Below are positions 9,558 to 17,852 of a stretch of DNA of 64,000 bases, in pieces (positions within the stretch are counted from its first letter, which is position 1; each line of letters starts with the position of its first letter). Origin of the DNA: a virus (taxonomy: Duplodnaviria > Caudoviricetes). The stretch lies in IMG/VR virus record IMGVR_UViG_3300029288_000065, positions 128,001-192,000 of that record, one strand, 5' to 3'. The notes under the pieces were generated by a model. That model was not told the DNA's origin, searched no databases, and saw only the letters and a program-made list of their open reading frames with translations. A program made the translations under genes and the position numbers.

Positions 9558-10204
9558 TAACCAAGAAAATACCTTGTGAAGTATCACCACCAAAAATGTC
9601 AGTCTTCTGGTCAACTCCCTGGCCACATCGAGAATGGGCAGAAAGACAAGCAGAGAAAAATGAGGTTGGTGAGAAAGAACTCGTCCCGACAGATAAATCA
9701 TATGCCGTATCAGAAGACGCTATTTTCGGTTTGGAGCCAAATTGGAATGGAGCACGACGAATTAGATTTGATGATAAGGATGTCCGAATTTTCCCGCACG
9801 AATTCAGCCCAATACCTCCAGAACGTCTTCGGCTTTATCTGGATGAAGGTGTTTTCGAACTTATCTCAGAAGGTGTAGCTAGTGAGCAAGTAATCAACGA
9901 TCTAATGGAGGGCGATAAGAGAGTTCTTTGGGAGCATGCTTTGGTTGATGGTTGTACAGATTCCGAAGCAAGAATGGTTGCTCTTGGTATGGATATTTCC
10001 ATACCAGATGCTGAGATTCCACCTGTTGGGTGGTTTAGGTGCAAGAAGGAATTTGCTCGATTTTTCTGTGAAGAGAATGAGATGGTTGAGACCAGGACTC
10101 ATGCTCCGCCTATGCCTGTCGCAAAGTCAATAGCGCCAGAGAAGAAAACCAGAGTAAGAAAAGTTCCTTTGAAGAAAACTACTTCATGTACTTCCCGAAA
10201 ATAG
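9545..10204 (+). CDS. Hypothetical protein
   Basis: AAGGAG RBS; 219-aa globular-looking ORF. Confidence 0.75.
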   Translation: MWVLITKKIPCEVSPPKMSVFWSTPWPHREWAERQAEKNEVGEKELVPTDKSYAVSEDAIFGLEPNWNGARRIRFDDKDVRIFPHEFSPIPPERLRLYLDEGVFELISEGVASEQVINDLMEGDKRVLWEHALVDGCTDSEARMVALGMDISIPDAEIPPVGWFRCKKEFARFFCEENEMVETRTHAPPMPVAKSIAPEKKTRVRKVPLKKTTSCTSRK

Positions 10205-10472
10205 AATTTCTTCCGATCCATCCGTTTATAAATCCATGATTATTTCCAATCTGGTATCTATTATCTTGAATGGCTTTAACCAGGTGTAGATATTCTTTCC
10301 CATGAACCTTACAGAGAACAATATCACCGACAGTGATTTCATCTTTAATAGGAGTTACTGTACATAATTGTCCTGATTCAATCTTTCCGGTCATGGAATT
10401 CCCATGAGGTCTGAATGTGACGGTCTCACCTGCTTGCAATTTTTCTATGTAATGTGAAGCCCACCCCATCAT
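10179..10472 (-). CDS. S24/S26 peptidase-like protein
   Basis: GNSM, VGDIVLCKV, YLHLVKA, IGNN.G.INGW. Confidence 0.65.
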   Translation of the reverse strand: MMGWASHYIEKLQAGETVTFRPHGNSMTGKIESGQLCTVTPIKDEITVGDIVLCKVHGKEYLHLVKAIQDNRYQIGNNHGFINGWIGRNSIFGKYMK

Positions 10473-10477
10473 TCACC

Positions 10478-10693
10478 TCAACATGAAACCCTTACCAATC
10501 TAATTTCAAGAAAATGACTGGTTACTGGATTTTCTAAAAGTATTCTGTGTGATATCTCTCTGACTTCAAATTTCCGCCAAATCTTCTTTTTGTTTTCCCA
10601 AAAAGCCAATTCAACAGTCTCACCTTTTCGAGGAACACATGGTAATTCACAGAAGATAGGATCAAAATCCCCTACGAAGTTCACTTTGTTCAT
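10478..10693 (-). CDS. Hypothetical protein
   Basis: GGAG RBS; LPCVPRKGETV motif. Confidence 0.6.
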   Translation of the reverse strand: MNKVNFVGDFDPIFCELPCVPRKGETVELAFWENKKKIWRKFEVREISHRILLENPVTSHFLEIRLVRVSC

Positions 10694-10748
10694 ATTATCT
10701 CCGATAGGAAACCTCCAGTATCATATCGATCGTCAATTCAAGAGGGAA

Positions 10749-10964
10749 TTACTTCTTTGTACTGATCGAAGTAAACTTCTTCAGATTCTTCAAAGACTTG
10801 TCATCTTTCTTGACAACAGCAGGAGTAGATGGTTTCGGAGACTTAGTCGGACCCTCGTTATGAGTTACCAGACCACTCCGCTTCAGTTGCTTGTTTACCT
10901 TGGCACCCCTGGCCTCAACAACGTTTCTTCTGGTTATTGGCGTGATTATCTTTACACCTATCAT
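10749..10964 (-). CDS. Small basic protein
   Basis: AAGGAG RBS; Lys-rich. Confidence 0.55.
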   Translation of the reverse strand: MIGVKIITPITRRNVVEARGAKVNKQLKRSGLVTHNEGPTKSPKPSTPAVVKKDDKSLKNLKKFTSISTKK

Positions 10965-10977
10965 GGTCTCACTCCTT

Positions 10978-11688
10978 TTAATCTATATTTACACTAACCC
11001 TCTTAAAATGATTAATATTAGCCTCCCTACATTCCTGTAAAGCATTCGGGAAGGTTTCAATCTCATCCTTAATAAAATTAAAATCATCAAGAGTAATATC
11101 CCTACACACAGGAACTCTATACTTCATATAATTAAATTTATTATACTGACTAACACATAATACTTTCTTTCCCAATAACGTAGCCCAATAAACACCATGG
11201 TAAGAATTGGTTATAACAATATTAGCAGATCCAAGGAATTCGATTATCTCTTCAAATTGTCGATTATTATCTAATGTTCTGAAAGTAAAATTTGGTAATG
11301 GTTGTTTGGTATGCTTCAACATGACTACATCTTCTTTAATTGGGTATACTTTATCAAAAAGTTTACTCATACAACTTGCACAAGGAACCCAAGTGGAATT
11401 TGGGTATATATCACGAATTCCCTCCAATTTTAGATCTGGAGGAGATGTATTATTTATACCGACTCCCCAAAAACAATATCTATTTATTGCACATATTCCT
11501 TTTATGATTTCAATCCAACCTGGCCGAAATAAACCGCCACCACCAAAAATTACCAGCCCATGGTAATCCTGTATTTGTGCAGTCTGAATATCTATTCTTA
11601 TTGATGGTCCTAGATCAAAATAATCCAAAGGACTTGAAGCCATATCTCCAGTATTGTTATGATTTATTCTGTGTATGTTGACTATCAT
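10978..11688 (-). CDS. Polysaccharide pyruvyl transferase family protein
   Basis: NTGD, IFGGGGL, WGVG, VPCASCM, ITNSYHGVYWATLLGK. Confidence 0.8.
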   Translation of the reverse strand: MIVNIHRINHNNTGDMASSPLDYFDLGPSIRIDIQTAQIQDYHGLVIFGGGGLFRPGWIEIIKGICAINRYCFWGVGINNTSPPDLKLEGIRDIYPNSTWVPCASCMSKLFDKVYPIKEDVVMLKHTKQPLPNFTFRTLDNNRQFEEIIEFLGSANIVITNSYHGVYWATLLGKKVLCVSQYNKFNYMKYRVPVCRDITLDDFNFIKDEIETFPNALQECREANINHFKRVSVNID

Positions 11689-11702
11689 ATATTATTTAAT
11701 TT

Positions 11703-11711
11703 CAAAAATAT
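11703..11711 (+). promoter_or_regulatory. Candidate late promoter CAAAAATAT
   Basis: Begins 12 nt before ATG 11715; same motif at 12319, 23238(-), 29702(-) and 42556. Confidence 0.6.
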
Positions 11712-11714
11712 TTT

Positions 11715-12317
11715 ATGAAGCTTTCGAAATTAAGATCTCCAATAATGGAGGATTCTGGTAGAAAGAAAGTAATGTTTGTAAAAGTATATGAAATTGCCAA
11801 CAAAATTCATGAACTTCTCTCATCCCTTGACTCCAAAATAGCAGTATCAGATGAAGATTTCCATAAGATATCAAACTTATATGCTAGATTAAATCTAATG
11901 ATTAATGAGACCTTTCCGTCAGAAGGTGATCTGAACAAGATAATGAGGAGAATTTCATATCTTCTCCAGAGTAGTTGGACACCACAAAGTCAAACTATGC
12001 TATCTCCACAAGAAGTATCCCAGATGTTTGAAAGCACCACAACAATCTTCGCAGGGAAAATTCCAAAGATAAAACATATGATCTTTAAGATAAAGAATAT
12101 ATGTAATGAGATAATTATTGGCGATCCATCTTCCTGGGGTACAAATAGTAGACGTTGGAAGAATCACGTTCAACCAGCCTTTGACTTACTGGATGATATT
12201 ATGGCTGAAATTCAGAATTATGCCAAATATGATCCGGAATCAAGATTATTCGCCTCTACTGCCAGATTATCAGATACGAAAGTTCTACCAGCAATAGGTA
12301 AGAGACAAGCAAGTTAA
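11715..12317 (+). CDS. Putative internal head protein
   Basis: N-terminus MKLSKLRSPIMED (MKL..L...IxE type); preceded by CAAAAATAT. Confidence 0.6.
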   Translation: MKLSKLRSPIMEDSGRKKVMFVKVYEIANKIHELLSSLDSKIAVSDEDFHKISNLYARLNLMINETFPSEGDLNKIMRRISYLLQSSWTPQSQTMLSPQEVSQMFESTTTIFAGKIPKIKHMIFKIKNICNEIIIGDPSSWGTNSRRWKNHVQPAFDLLDDIMAEIQNYAKYDPESRLFASTARLSDTKVLPAIGKRQAS

Positions 12318-12318
12318 T

Positions 12319-12327
12319 CAAAAATAT
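12319..12327 (+). promoter_or_regulatory. Candidate late promoter CAAAAATAT
   Basis: Begins 12 nt before ATG 12331, the same spacing as the 11703 copy; no SD. Confidence 0.6.
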
Positions 12328-12330
12328 CGT

Positions 12331-13521
12331 ATGAAGCTTAGGAATTTATCATCTCTTATTTGCGAAGTTGTTCAAGCATCAGTAGCAAAAGGTACCTACC
12401 CAGATCATGGTGACGGTAATCGACGAAGACGTTATTGGATGGTCTTGGGAAAATATGTTGATCCAAGAACACCAGAAAAAGGTGAACATATAGCGGTTAT
12501 TGATCTTAGAGGTGTCGTAAACGGAGGTATTAGAAAGAAGAAAGGGAAGAATAAGGAAACAGCTCTTCCTGGTTTTGGTGTTGAAGGTCTACAGAAACTT
12601 CGGATGTATCTCCCAGAGATTCTTGGCTTTGTGTCTGACAAAGAGTTGACAAAGAAACCGCAAGTATCAGTAGCAATGGTAACAGATATAATGGATAAAT
12701 ATGGTGAAGAGGGTGTAGAGAGATTAGGACAGATGTTGAAAGATCCAGAGATATTAAAAGACCCAACCAAAATTTTACGTCATGAGAAAATAAAGTATGA
12801 CAGGATGACGAAAGATATTTTAAATCAGATTGAGAATTTATCCTCTATGAAGATGAAACCAAGGCCTTTAAAGGGTACTACAGCCAGCAGTGGTAGGTAT
12901 CAGATGGGGAGGCATGTTGTTCCTGATTCGACTGTAAATGCAATTTTTGAACATTGGTATAGAACACCACTTCTGAGTGAATTTGGCGATATTTCCCATG
13001 ACGTTCTGACTGCTTTGGAGAAGCCTTCTGATCAAGAGCAAGCGAAGGAATTATTTAAAATTGCTGAGAGTCAAATTCGGGAGGTGGAGAAGGAAGTTCC
13101 GGAGATTACCAAACCTGAAGCTCCACCAGAAGAATTGGAACCTGAAGTTCCGGAAGCTCCTCCTGAAGAACCAGAGGTTGCAACACCGGAGGAACCTCTT
13201 TATGCTAAACCTGAGGAAAAGCCAGAAACGGCTACAAAGAAAATTGATCCTCAGAGAATTTTGAAGGCTCCAGCTCCCAAATTAAAACCTGAATTACAAC
13301 GGAAACCTGGTCAACCTGAGGCTGAAGTCGGGTTTGAGCCTACGACTGAACCACCAATTTCTGAACCTGAACAGAAAGAGATTGAGTCCAGGGCTAAAGA
13401 GACTATTAAGCGTGCTGATTTGCGTCCTGGGAGAGTTCCTGTACCAAAGAAACCTATTCTTAAAGCTACTCCAAAGAAGCCCCCTATTGAACCAGAGGAG
13501 ACTGAACCGGGGGTATTATAA
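12331..13521 (+). CDS. Putative internal head protein with Pro/Glu-rich tail
   Basis: N-terminus MKLRNLSSLICE; PEAPPEE repeats. Confidence 0.65.
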   Translation: MKLRNLSSLICEVVQASVAKGTYPDHGDGNRRRRYWMVLGKYVDPRTPEKGEHIAVIDLRGVVNGGIRKKKGKNKETALPGFGVEGLQKLRMYLPEILGFVSDKELTKKPQVSVAMVTDIMDKYGEEGVERLGQMLKDPEILKDPTKILRHEKIKYDRMTKDILNQIENLSSMKMKPRPLKGTTASSGRYQMGRHVVPDSTVNAIFEHWYRTPLLSEFGDISHDVLTALEKPSDQEQAKELFKIAESQIREVEKEVPEITKPEAPPEELEPEVPEAPPEEPEVATPEEPLYAKPEEKPETATKKIDPQRILKAPAPKLKPELQRKPGQPEAEVGFEPTTEPPISEPEQKEIESRAKETIKRADLRPGRVPVPKKPILKATPKKPPIEPEETEPGVL

Positions 13522-13522
13522 A

Positions 13523-14122
13523 ATGGAGAAAATTGATCCTTTTCTTACTGATGATGAGATGGCACAAACTTGGGGTAAATCTCCACGGACTATTAGATTG
13601 TGGAAAAATGCTCAGGGGATATTTGGTAAACAGATTTCTGATAAGCATAAGACACCTCCTCGGAAACCAGTGACGAAGATTTTGGATACTAAAATTTGGA
13701 ATAATAGGGAGTGGCTTTTTGAGATGTATGTTAATCGTCGTATGGGTATTAGATCAATTGCCAGGGTTATTGATAGGTCTTATTTGGCTACGAGATTGCG
13801 GTTGATTCATTTTAAGATTCCAATTCGGTCTTTTGATGCTTCTACAAGGCCGACTCATCCTTGTTTTAGTGTTGAGTGGCTTGAGGATAATTATGAACTT
13901 CAGGGTATGTCTCGGAAGAAGTGTGCTGCGAAAGCTGGTGTTTCGACGAAGACTATTGGTAGTTGGTTGGTTTATTTTAAGTTCGAGATGCGAGATAATT
14001 ACGAACAACTTATGGGCGAACGTAATCCATCATTTGGTAAGAAGTGTATAATAAAGAAAGATGTTACCGTACATCAAAAGACGTCGAATGCTTCGGGTGG
14101 TCCAGGACAGACTCAGACATGA
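13523..14122 (+). CDS. Multi-HTH DNA-binding protein with NUMOD3-like tail
   Basis: Repeated WL.E.Y....S....A...VS..TI..WL modules; MGERNPSFGKK. Confidence 0.65.
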   Translation: MEKIDPFLTDDEMAQTWGKSPRTIRLWKNAQGIFGKQISDKHKTPPRKPVTKILDTKIWNNREWLFEMYVNRRMGIRSIARVIDRSYLATRLRLIHFKIPIRSFDASTRPTHPCFSVEWLEDNYELQGMSRKKCAAKAGVSTKTIGSWLVYFKFEMRDNYEQLMGERNPSFGKKCIIKKDVTVHQKTSNASGGPGQTQT

Positions 14123-15083
14123 GCCTATTGTAGAGAAAGTAGAGTTTAATTGTCGTAGAATTAGGATTACTTTCAAAACTGGGTTACGCGAATCGTGGTG
14201 GCATAGGAATCCTGCAATTGTTAATCGTCATATAGATATTCCTGATGATCCTTTCCTTGGAAATGCGTTACATCTAACTACTCAGAAGAGTGTCTATAAT
14301 TGTGATACAAGTAAGCTTCATTTTATTTCTTTAGAGAAATGGTTTTCTGGTAACTTTTATGATCAGAGATTAATTATTCATAAATTAATAAATCAATATA
14401 TTGTTGATGGATATGTTGATATGAAATATATTCCTGAGGAATGTTTCCATGATTTAAAACGTCTTCAGAATTTTAATTATGGGAAATTAATTAGTAATAA
14501 TGTTTTCTTTCGAAGAGGATTTAAACATCCTCCTGGATTAAAGGTCATAGATCAATATTCAGACTGGGGAGAAAGCATTAAGAACTTTTGGACCCCCCGA
14601 AATATCTATTGGGCCATTTACAAATGCTTCAAGACCAATCGTGACCCCACAAGAGGGTCAGTGGGAAGGATAGTCGGACGTAGAAATGGTCTCTGGTTTC
14701 ACACACCACTATATTATATTACTATCTTAAGAACCCTTGGTATCTCTTCTGGGTCTATCTTGGACCCATACCCTACTCCAATAAAAGCTGTTGCTGCTAC
14801 AATTGTGGGATGCAAGTATCAGACACCCAAGGACTTTTCTGATTTATCATCCTTCCTGGGGACGAAGTTTGAGGCACCTGGTAGAGCAAATTTTTTGTTG
14901 TTAGACTATAATATTAGATCGTTTGGGAATTGGGCTGATGATGTTAGACTTTGGGGTAGGCAGACTGATTTCCAGATTATCCTTTCGAGGGATAGGATAA
15001 AGGGTGCTCTTAGGTATCTTCAGGTGGTTTTACGGCCTGATGATATACAGGGCTGGTTTTCTGTTTTGAGGATGCCAAAGTGA
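14061..15083 (+). CDS. Hypothetical protein resembling a degenerate DNA methyltransferase
   Basis: GSILDPYPT...AATIVGCKY sits where motif I (ILDPxxGxG) is expected, but the glycines are lost. Confidence 0.45.
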   Translation: MLPYIKRRRMLRVVQDRLRHEPIVEKVEFNCRRIRITFKTGLRESWWHRNPAIVNRHIDIPDDPFLGNALHLTTQKSVYNCDTSKLHFISLEKWFSGNFYDQRLIIHKLINQYIVDGYVDMKYIPEECFHDLKRLQNFNYGKLISNNVFFRRGFKHPPGLKVIDQYSDWGESIKNFWTPRNIYWAIYKCFKTNRDPTRGSVGRIVGRRNGLWFHTPLYYITILRTLGISSGSILDPYPTPIKAVAATIVGCKYQTPKDFSDLSSFLGTKFEAPGRANFLLLDYNIRSFGNWADDVRLWGRQTDFQIILSRDRIKGALRYLQVVLRPDDIQGWFSVLRMPK

Positions 15084-15352
15084 GATATTTCTATATTGGT
15101 GTAATAACTTCAGATAAGGGTATTTTGGAACTTCGTGGAGTTCACGATAGTATTGATAAAACTACGGCAGAGAAGGAATTATCAAGTTGTGGCTTGAATG
15201 TTATTGAGCTTAGGGAAGCAACACAAATTGATGATCGTCTCGAAAGATTAAAGAAACTTCGTAGAAATTTAATTACACCGCCAACCAAAAATATGATAGG
15301 ACCAGGACCCTCCAAGAGATCTATCTGGGATTGGTTGTTCCGGAGGAGATGA
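15080..15352 (+). CDS. Hypothetical protein
   Basis: GTGA overlap with the upstream stop; N-terminus loosely resembles the N-terminal segment of PilC/GspF. Confidence 0.6.
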   Translation: MRYFYIGVITSDKGILELRGVHDSIDKTTAEKELSSCGLNVIELREATQIDDRLERLKKLRRNLITPPTKNMIGPGPSKRSIWDWLFRRR

Positions 15353-15561
15353 TGCTGTGCAGGAACTGCAAGACACAAAATCCCTGTCCAAAGCATTGGG
15401 TAAATGATCAGATTGTTCTCTGTAACCTATGCTATAAAGCTCTTATGAAATTACAAAGAGAGAGTCCAGAGACATTCACAGCAATTTTGGCGATGCTAAT
15501 GGGAGCGGATTCACATTGCGTAATCCCTATAGATCAAATTGACTTAAACAGCGAACAATGA
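15349..15561 (+). CDS. Zinc-finger protein
   Basis: CRNC...CNLC; GGAGG RBS. Confidence 0.6.
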   Translation: MMLCRNCKTQNPCPKHWVNDQIVLCNLCYKALMKLQRESPETFTAILAMLMGADSHCVIPIDQIDLNSEQ

Positions 15562-15573
15562 TAATAATTACCT

Positions 15574-16035
15574 ATGGAATGTGTACCGAAACCGAGATAC
15601 TTTGCCAAAAACCGAGATTGTAATATCTACAAGATATTCGTAGAATCAATAGTTACAGTAACTGAGAAAGGCGAGGTAACTCAGAAATTTATAAATGACC
15701 CAGAAGTAGAAGATTTCTGGTTTGTAGTAAAGCTTCATAATGATGGAAAATGCGCTTATGGAAAGCATTGTAAGTTCCATGAATTTGAGTATAGTAAATG
15801 GCATAAAAATTGGATTAAAGCTGATTCAAAGAGTGTTTATGTGGTACATCGTGATTTTGAAAAATATCATCATGTTGGATGTTGGGATATAAGAGATATT
15901 ATTTTTTGGCCGTCATCCAAAATGAATTTTTCGCGGGTTATACAGGGAATATGGCAGCCTGAATTGGGACCAAAGAATAGGATAAAGATAAAGACTGCTA
16001 TTCGGAAGTATTTGGAGCGGATTGTTCATGGTTAA
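15574..16035 (+). CDS. Hypothetical protein
   Basis: 153-aa ORF in the + strand operon. Confidence 0.65.
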   Translation: MECVPKPRYFAKNRDCNIYKIFVESIVTVTEKGEVTQKFINDPEVEDFWFVVKLHNDGKCAYGKHCKFHEFEYSKWHKNWIKADSKSVYVVHRDFEKYHHVGCWDIRDIIFWPSSKMNFSRVIQGIWQPELGPKNRIKIKTAIRKYLERIVHG

Positions 16036-16498
16036 TGTAGGATTTTTTGAAGCGCTCTTCAATAAAGTAAAATGCCCACCGCACCTTTATATGATAAACG
16101 CACTCACTGCCTCATTCTCTCATGTAAAATTCAATTTTGTAAACCAACATGAGGAAACAAGTTTTTTTAATAGAGACATTAAAATAGACCAAATCCAATC
16201 AACCCCAACTATTTGGCTTTTTGAGTTACGATTGCCGGTCTTTTGGAATAAAATAAGTATCCTGGTGGGCGACACTTATACAGTGCAGGATAGAAAAATC
16301 GGGGTATTAGGTTACCAAGATCACAATTTGGCATTCTCAACAATTGATTTATACCGAGAATGGAATATCGCAGACCCAAATTTTGACCCAGAAGAACTAA
16401 TTAAAAGAATAGAAGCTCTACTCCCACGTCCAGGTTTGAGCTACGACCAACCCGCCCCTAATTATACTGAGCCAACTGATCGTTCTTCGCACTCCTAA
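16028..16498 (+). CDS. DP-motif family protein
   Basis: WNIADPNFDPEELIKRI. Confidence 0.7.
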   Translation: MVNVGFFEALFNKVKCPPHLYMINALTASFSHVKFNFVNQHEETSFFNRDIKIDQIQSTPTIWLFELRLPVFWNKISILVGDTYTVQDRKIGVLGYQDHNLAFSTIDLYREWNIADPNFDPEELIKRIEALLPRPGLSYDQPAPNYTEPTDRSSHS

Positions 16499-16937
16499 AA
16501 CCAATATAGAAGAAAGTTAATAATAAATTCTTCTGAGGACAATAAGAAAACTTATCTATCTTGAAATGATTATGAGCCTTGTTCAAACCAGCAATCGCCA
16601 TGCTCCCAACACCATCAATCGTCAAACCAGCAACAATCAAAGCCTTTTTCTTGACCAACCGAACCTTCATCCTAACGCTGGAAATCAGAAACGTAGCAAC
16701 TGGGGTATGTCCTTTTTCAAAGAAATCATACCCCATCTTGAACATCAAGCAACATTGCCTCTTTCTTGATCTTGGTAATCCCTGTGCAAAATCTATTGGC
16801 AATGTCTCAAGTGATTCATCTTCATCGTTTGAAACAATTATGTTTATTCTGGGTATCACCCTCGTAACTTTTCTGCTCTTGAAAATTTTTTCAGTCTCTT
16901 CGGTGTGTAACTGGAGGTACTCTTGAAACTGAAACAT
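16458..16937 (-). CDS. Hypothetical protein
   Basis: Follows the lipoprotein gene in the same operon. Confidence 0.6.
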   Translation of the reverse strand: MFQFQEYLQLHTEETEKIFKSRKVTRVIPRINIIVSNDEDESLETLPIDFAQGLPRSRKRQCCLMFKMGYDFFEKGHTPVATFLISSVRMKVRLVKKKALIVAGLTIDGVGSMAIAGLNKAHNHFKIDKFSYCPQKNLLLTFFYIGFRSAKNDQLAQYN

Positions 16938-16942
16938 GGTGT

Positions 16943-17842
16943 CTACCCCGTGTCTGGTTTTTGGGAACTCATTTCCTTACTAAGTTCCCTGGCCCTGGTT
17001 GGCTCCATCTCCCCCATTGCTCTAGAAAGTAGACGCATCGCTTGATCAGCTCTCTCACTCTGATTCTTACCATGATCACTAAGTCTCGTCAGAGTAATCT
17101 TACCCCACATAAAAATACCAACTGCAATAATTGCCATCCAAAGAACATTCGTAGCAATAATAGTCCACATCATCTGAGTAGTAAACTGAGTAACATCCCT
17201 CCCGGCCTCAGTCTTCACAGTATCAATCTTATTGCTTAAACCGACCTGAGCCGCCACCTGAGCATCCAATCTGGCCTTCAACTCAGCATTCAACTTAATC
17301 TCACTCTCCAACTTCGCAGTCAAATCCCCAACCTGACTCTTAAATTCAGTCTTAATCTGGCCAATAGTATTGGTAAACTCAGCCCGCATATCATTCGTCA
17401 ACTTTATCTGATTGGTCAACGCCATTTCCATCTTATTTGTCAGAGTAATCTGGTTGTTCAATTTGGCATCCACATCGCCTACCTTACTTTCCAATTTATC
17501 TGCTACCTTTACAGTATTATTCATGGTGGCTTCAATACCTGTGAGTTTCCCAATGGTACTGGAGAGTGTAGCATCAAGGCCGGTCAATTTCTCGGCCAGC
17601 TTCCCAATTGGGACTCCGAAGAGTGCATTATTATTTTGTTGAATGGCGTTCTGACTGTCTGCTATCTTGGAATCGGTATATTTCTTGGCATCTTCACCTA
17701 CGGAAGCTTTTACTTTCTCGGCCACTTCTTGTTTTGCTTTTTCGATAAAATTGTTTATCTCTGGTTTTGATTCTGCGTTTTTCTGCTCTGCCGTGAAGCA
17801 ACCCGCCAAGAACACCAACGCCAGCAGAGGTAGGCATTTCAT
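16943..17842 (-). CDS. Lipoprotein with coiled coil and C-terminal TM (unimolecular-spanin-like topology)
   Basis: Lipobox LAGC; long heptad region; TM WTIIATNVLWMAIIAVGIFMWG. Confidence 0.7.
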   Translation of the reverse strand: MKCLPLLALVFLAGCFTAEQKNAESKPEINNFIEKAKQEVAEKVKASVGEDAKKYTDSKIADSQNAIQQNNNALFGVPIGKLAEKLTGLDATLSSTIGKLTGIEATMNNTVKVADKLESKVGDVDAKLNNQITLTNKMEMALTNQIKLTNDMRAEFTNTIGQIKTEFKSQVGDLTAKLESEIKLNAELKARLDAQVAAQVGLSNKIDTVKTEAGRDVTQFTTQMMWTIIATNVLWMAIIAVGIFMWGKITLTRLSDHGKNQSERADQAMRLLSRAMGEMEPTRARELSKEMSSQKPDTG

Positions 17843-17852
17843 ACTTTTATCC

